A DNA stretch of 64,000 nucleotides, taken from Squalus acanthias (taxonomy: Eukaryota). The stretch spans positions 12,588,001-12,652,000 of the forward strand of contig CM059433.1 of the NCBI GenBank assembly GCA_030390025.1, given 5' to 3'. A model generated the notes under the pieces. The model was not told the origin of the DNA and made no database searches. It saw only the letters and a program-made list of their open reading frames with translations. The position numbers and the translations under genes are program-made. Positions 58,124-64,000 of this stretch are shown piece after piece. Within the stretch, counting starts at the first letter, position 1; the number at the start of each line of letters is the position of its first letter.

Positions 58124-60392
58124 GTAAGAACATAAGAAATAGGAGCAGGAGTCGGCCATTCGGCCCCTCGAGCCTGCTCCGCCATTCCATAAGATCATGG
58201 CTGATCTTCTACCTCATCACCACTTTCCTGCACTATCCCCATATCCCTTGATTCTCTTAATATCCAAAAATCTATCGATCTCTGTCTTGAATATACTCAA
58301 CGACTGAGCCTCCACAGCCCTCTGGGGTAGAGAATTCCAAAGATTCACCACCCTCTGAGTGAAGAAATTTCTCCTCATCTCAGTCCTAAATGGCCTGACC
58401 CCTTATTCTGAGACTGTGACCCCTGGTTCTAGACTCCCCAGCCAGGGGAAACATCCTCCCTGCATCTACCCTGTCAAGCCCTGTAAGAATTTTGTATGTT
58501 TCATTGAGATCACCTCTCAATCTTCTAAACTCTAGAGAGTATAGGCCTAGTCTACTCAATCTCTCCTCACAGGATAATCCCCCCATCCCAGGAATCAGTC
58601 TGGTGAGCCTTCATTACACTCCCACTATGGCAAGTATATCCTTCCTTAGGTAAGGAAACCAAAACTGTACACAATACTCCAGGTGTGGTCTCACCAGGCC
58701 CCTATATAATTGCAGTAAGACATCTTACTCTTATTCTCAAATCCTCTTTTAATAAAGGCTAACATACCATTTGCTTTCCTATTTGCTTGCTGTACCGGCA
58801 TGTTAACTTTCAGTGATTCGTGTACAAAGACACCCAGGTCCCTCTGAACACCAACATTTCCCAATCTCTCACCATTTAAAAAATACTGGGCTAGAAATTG
58901 GTGCGTTTGCACCTGTAGTTAGTGCCCTGGCTTGAATTAGCGCTCCATCTCTTTCTTGGGACACTAAAACTGAAGTTAGTGAACGCTGGCGTAATTTTTC
59001 ACCGGGTGCTAAATTTAGCGCCCAGGCGATGTTAACGACCCAAAATGGTTGCAAATGAATTTTTCCCCCACTCTGCTTTTCTATTTTTCCTACCAAAGTG
59101 GATAACTTCACATTTCTCCACATTATATTCCATTTGCCGTGTTCTTGCCCACTCACTTAGCCTGTCTATATCCCCTCGAAGCCTCCTTGCATCCTCCTCA
59201 CAACTTACATTCCCACCCAGCTTTGTATCATCAGCAAACTTGGATATTTTACATTTGGTCCCCTCATCCAAATCATTGATGTAGATTGTGAATAGCTGAG
59301 GCCCAAGCACTGATTCTTGCGGTACCCCACTAGTTACAGCCTGCCAACCTGAAAATGACCCATTTACTCTCTGTTTTCTGTCCGTTAACCAATCCTCAAT
59401 CCATGCTGGTATATTACCCCCAATCCCATGAGCCCTAATTTTGTTTAATAACCTCTTGTGTGGCACCTTATCGAATGCCTTCTGAAAATCCAAATACGCC
59501 ACATCCACTGGTTCCCCCTTATCTATTCTGCTAGTTACAACCTCAAAAACTCTAACAGATTTGGCAAACATGATTTCCCTTTCATAAATCCGTGTTGAAT
59601 CTGGCTAATCCTATTATTATTTTCTAAGTGCCCTGTTACCACATCCTTAATAATATATTCTAGCATTTTTCCTACTACTGATGCCAGGCTATCTGGTCTG
59701 TAGTTTCCCGTTTTCGCTCTCCCTCCTTTCTTAAATAGTGGGGTTACATTTGCTACCTTCCAATCCGTGAGACCCGTTCTAGAATCTATGGAATTTTGGA
59801 GATGACAACCAATGCATCCACTATCTCTATAGCCACCTCTTTTAAAACCCTAGGTTTTAGGCCATCAGGTCCAAGGGATTTATCGGTTTTCAGTCCCATT
59901 AATTTCTCCAGTACTATTTTTTTACAATACTAATTTCTTTCACTTCCTCATTCTCGCTAGACCCTTGTTTCTCCACTATTTCCGGGAGGTATTTTGCATC
60001 TTCTTCCATGAAGACAGACACAAACCATTTCCTTATTCCCCATTATAATTTCTCCTGTCTCAGCCTGTAAGGGACCCATGTTTACTTTTGCTAATCTTTT
60101 CCTTTTTACATACCTATAGAAGCTTTTACAGTCTGTTTTTATGTTCCTCGCTAGTTTACTCTCATATTCTATTTTCCCTTTCTTTATCAATTTCTTGGTC
60201 CACCTTTGCTGAATTCTAAAATCCTACCAATCCTCAGGCTTACTACTCATTATAAGCCTCTCCCTTTAATCTGATACTATCTTTAATGTCTCTTGTTAGC
60301 CACGGTTGGACCATTTTTCCCGCGGTGTTTTTATTCCTTAAGGGAATGTATATTCGTTGCGAATTATGAATTATTTCTTTAAGTGTTTGCCA
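58124..60392 (-). mobile_element. 5'-truncated CR1 LINE (same subfamily as 14897-19380)
   Basis: ORFs 58386-58586, 59032-59571 (YLDFQKAFDKV, FADDTK) and 59957-60190. Colinear with 14900-17430. Confidence 0.95.
58888..59069. mobile_element. 182-bp PIF/Harbinger-type MITE inserted in CR1
   Basis: Ends GGGCTAGAAATT / AATTTTTCCCCC. The 3-bp TSD ACT is shown by the empty site AAAAAATACTCTGCTTTT in the sister CR1 at ~15657-15674. Confidence 0.88.
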
Positions 60393-60479
60393 CATCAAAA
60401 ATGATTTGTGGAAAGGAACTCCGCATCCTCACCACCCTCTGTAATTCCCTGGATCTAGTGAATCTACAATGCCATTGTT

Positions 60480-60612
60480 TAAATATGAAAAATTTGCAGG
60501 GCAATGGGGAAAGAGCAGGGGAGTGGGACTAATTGGAGAGCTCTTTCAAAGAGCTGGCATAGGCATGATGGGCCGAATGGCCTCCTTCTGTGCTGTATGA
60601 TTCTATGATTCT
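60480..60612 (+). mobile_element. CR1 extreme 3' end
   Basis: GAGTGGGACTAA...GGGCCGAATGGCCTCC...(GATTCTAT)n. Confidence 0.85.
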
Positions 60613-61096
60613 AAATCCTTCCTATAATGTGATGCCCTAAACTGCACACTAGTCCAGCTACAGTATAACTAATGTCTTGTATAAGTTCAACATTACCTCC
60701 CAAGTTTTGCCTTCTATACCTGTACATATAAAACCATGGATTCTGTTTGTTTTTGTCACCCTTAATGAACTGTGTATCTGTATACTGTGGTCCCTCTGCT
60801 CCTCTACTCCGTTTAAAATCTTACCATTTAAGTTGTATTTTCTTTTCCTCTTTGTACTTCCAAAATGTATTACGTTCACATTTTTCGACATTGAACTGCA
60901 GCTACCACCTGTTTGCCCATCCTGCAAGCCTATCTATGTCCTCTTTCAGTCTTTCATCGTCCTTGTCACAATTTGTCATCCTTTCAACTTAGTGTCATCG
61001 GCAAATGTCAAAATTGTTCCATCACTCCTAAGCCCAGATCATTGATGCACATCGTAATTAAGAGTGGCCCCAGTGCAGACCTCTGTGAAACACCAT

Positions 61097-62178
61097 GGGA
61101 GGGAATTTTAACCCCCCCCCGCCCCCCCCCCACCAGCACGGGCGGGAGAGAGTCGGGAGTTAAATCGCAATATTTGCAAAAACAAACGACCCCATCCAGC
61201 TGCAAACACACCTGCGTCCGTTTCAACCACGACGGGTTTCGGGGTATCTGAATAACCTGCTCTGGAGAGGCAGGTCCATAACTATAGGCTCAGTTCCTGA
61301 TATTTTGGCAGCAGCTTGAAGTTAACACCACCTGTATGGGCAGTTCAGAGATGATTCACTAAGGTTAATTCCAGAGATGAGGGGATTGACTTATGAAGAA
61401 AGGTTAAGCAGGTTGGGCCTATACTCATTGGAATTTAGAAGAATGAGAGGTGATCTTATTGAAACATATAAGAGACTGAGGGGGCTCGACAAGGTAGATG
61501 CAGAGAGGATGTTTCCCCTCGTGGGGAAATCTAGAACTCGGGGGCATAGTTTCAGAATAAAGGGTCGCCCTTTTAGAACTGAGATGAGGAGGAATTTCTT
61601 CGCTCGGAGGGTCGTAAATCTGTGGAATTCTCTGCCCCAGAGAGCCGTGGAGGCTGGGTCATTAAATACATTTAAGGTGGAGATAGACAGAGTTTTGCAA
61701 GATAAGGGAGTGAAGGGTTATGGAGAGCGGGCAGGGAAGTGGCTTCGAGCCCAAGATCAGCCATGATCTTATTGAATGGCGAGCAGGCTCGAGGGGCCAA
61801 GTGGCCGATTCCTGCTCCAATTCTTCTGTTCCCAGGGCTCAGGAAACCCAGCAGCTAAAGAGGGATGGGAGCAGACGGATACAGCAAGGAGTTGCTTGTA
61901 TATCACTGTTTTCGGGCCAGGAGGAGCAGGAGAGCTGCCCCCAGTCCCTTGAGAAAATCTTCTGCCGCGATTGTCTGACCGCCCCCCCCCCCCCCCCCCC
62001 ACCCGCAAACCCGTGATCTCTTCCGGTCCCGCTGCCGAGTGGGAAATGGAGTAAAAAAATGATAATGAGGTCCTGCCCTTAAATTCAGCAGAACTCCGCA
62101 TTCCCAGGATTTATGGGTTTCACACCTGCAAACACGTTCCCCCGCTCCCTCCCCATCTCCCCGTAAATATTAGGGCCC
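61097..62178. mobile_element. Harbinger-type non-autonomous element containing a CR1 3' piece
   Basis: GC-rich arms starting GGGAGGGAATTTT and ending AATATTAGGGCCC interrupt the old CR1. Confidence 0.5.
61345..61832 (+). mobile_element. CR1 LINE 3' fragment
   Basis: ORF 61377-61766 is the CR1 ORF2 C-terminus. Confidence 0.93.
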
Positions 62179-62774
62179 ACATCTTTCCAGTCCAAAACAC
62201 TACTTTGCATTCTGCTCTCTAACCATCATTTTTATCCATGTGGCCCTATTACTTTTAATGCCATGTGTCAACGTCTTTGACATACGTGGGAACTTAAATA
62301 ATGCTTTTTAAGAATTCATATAAACCACATCCACTCATTTCCTTTATCTGTTATTTCTATAAAGAATTCTATAAGATTTGCCAAGCATGTTCTGCCTTTT
62401 AAAAATCCATGCTGATTAACCCTCATTAACTCATGTTTCTCCAAGTGCTTAATAATTTCAACGTATATTATAGACTCTTGTAGTTTGCTAACAACTGAAA
62501 TAAGACTAACTGGTCTATAATTTCTTGGCTTATCCTTGTTTTATTTTTTTGAAGGAGGAGTCATATTTATCACCGTCCAGTGCTCTGCACAATTTTCCTT
62601 TCCAAAGAATTTTGGAAAATTATAATCAATGCCTCTCCTATTTCTTCACAAGCTTTCCTCAATATCTTTGGATGCCAACTATCAGATGCCAGTGATTTAT
62701 CCATCTTAAGTTTGAGTAACTTCTTTAGTACCATTACTCTTTCAATAACCTCCACAAATAGGTCTACAGCCATC

Positions 62775-63168
62775 TAAGAACATAAGAGCATAAGGACATA
62801 AGAAATAGGAGCAGGAGTAGGCCATACGGCCCCTCGAGCCTGCTCTGCCATTCAGGAAGGTCATGGTTGATTTTCAACCTCAACTCCACTTTCCCACCTG
62901 ATCCCCATATCCCTTGATTCCCCTAAAGTCCAAAAATCTATCAATCTCAGCCTTGAATATACTCAATGACTGAGCATCCACAGACCTCTGGGGTAGAGAA
63001 TTCCCAAGATTCACAGCCCTCTGAGTGAAGAAATTTCTCCTCATTAAATGGCCGACCCCCTTATCCTGAGATTATGCCCCCTAGTTGTAGACTCTCTAGC
63101 CAGGAGAAACAGCCTCTCAGCATCTAACCAGTCAACCCCCCTCAGAATCTTGTATGTTTCAGTGAAAT
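62775..63168 (-). mobile_element. CR1 LINE 3' fragment
   Basis: (AAGAACAT)n tail, 3' UTR and ORF2 end. Confidence 0.9.
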
Positions 63169-63404
63169 CTCTGGTGGTTCGACAGTCCACTTTTCTGTGA
63201 AAGCTGAGGCAAAGTGATTATTTAGTATTTCTACCATTCCTTTCCTCTACGCTACAAGTTTGCCTCTTTCATCTCTTAGCAGCCTTACCTCAACACCTAC
63301 AACGACTCCCACCACTACCTCTACACATACCCCTACCATTAGCATGACTATCCTCTTACTACTAATGTGGCTATAGAGAGGTTTTTTTTTTGCTGTCTAT
63401 GTTG

Positions 63405-63676
63405 TTTGCCCCATCTGATGTTAAAGATTCAATGGCACTATTCGAAGAAGAGCAGCGGAGTTCTCCTGGTGTCCTGGGCAATATTTATCCATCAATCAAC
63501 ATCACTAAAGATTACCTGGTCATGTATCTCATTTCTGTCTGAGGGATCTTACGGTGCGCAATTTGGCTGCTGTGTTTCCATATATTATAAGAGTGACTAC
63601 ACATCAAAAGTTCTTCATTGGTGGTAAAGTGCTTTGGGATGTCCAGAGGTCACGAAAAGCACCTTCCTTTCCTTTC
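63405..63676 (+). mobile_element. SacSINE1/Deu-type SINE 3' half
   Basis: Colinear with 14035-14326 (GGCACTATTCGAAGAAGAGCAG...AAATTGGCTGCTG-like). Confidence 0.8.
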
Positions 63677-64000
63677 AGGATAGCACCAAAGTTGAAATGA
63701 TTTGGAAGGAAGATCCAGTAACTCAAGAGTAATGGTTAAGTAATACCAATCTTGGGTTTTATAAGCATGTAGTTGACATGAAGTGAAAACTGAGGGAGGT
63801 AAGGAGTTTCACAGTTTAAGGTCCTGGAACAGTAGTTAGAGTAGGAGATAGCGCAGTGAGTCTTGATTTCAACACAGTGAGGATGCAAGGAGGAGAAAGA
63901 GCTTATAGAACGTAGGAGGAAGAGAAGAAAGTTCAAAAAAGCGCTAGATAAGTATCTGAAAAAGGATGGGATGGAATATCTTGTATAGATATAGGTGATG

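Larger units (their letters stand above)
60615..62775 (-). mobile_element. Old CR1 RT fragment (pieces ~60615-61096 and ~62179-62775), split by a Harbinger-type element
   Basis: ORFs 60658-60927, 61008-61226 (ALGPLL...INDL) and 62570-62773. Confidence 0.8.

Overview
This is vertebrate DNA dominated by repeats. It is very likely from a shark or other elasmobranch, because it carries HE1-type V-SINEs, a SacSINE1/Deu-type SINE and abundant CR1 and L2 LINEs. I could not recognise any host protein-coding exon, so the window looks intronic or intergenic. Every ORF I could assign to a protein family derives from a transposable element. The window holds: one near full-length decayed CR1 (zinc-finger/SGNH-esterase ORF1 plus EN-RT ORF2, ~14.9-19.4 kb, minus); about 20 truncated CR1 pieces; several L2 pieces; a third LINE family whose longest copy starts with a tRNA-like head; many GC-rich PIF/Harbinger-type non-autonomous elements; at least six decayed Myb/SANT-like (Harbinger accessory ORF) remnants; and small hAT (8-bp TSD) and Tc1/pogo (TA TSD) MITEs. 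The most interesting signals are: (i) short fold-back, Penelope-type insertions carrying minimal type I hammerhead ribozyme motifs (intact cores at 440-477 and 42885-42920, plus an 88-bp perfect palindrome at 54399-54486); (ii) Harbinger derivatives that appear to have lost the transposase core but kept both ends and the Myb/SANT ORF; (iii) a five-level nested insertion at 24.3-30.5 kb; (iv) an 11-bp deletion at the same RT position in three CR1 copies; (v) a 108-bp templated self-insertion inside the long CR1. Family names come from motif recognition by eye, not database searches. Boundaries are approximate unless a TSD is quoted.
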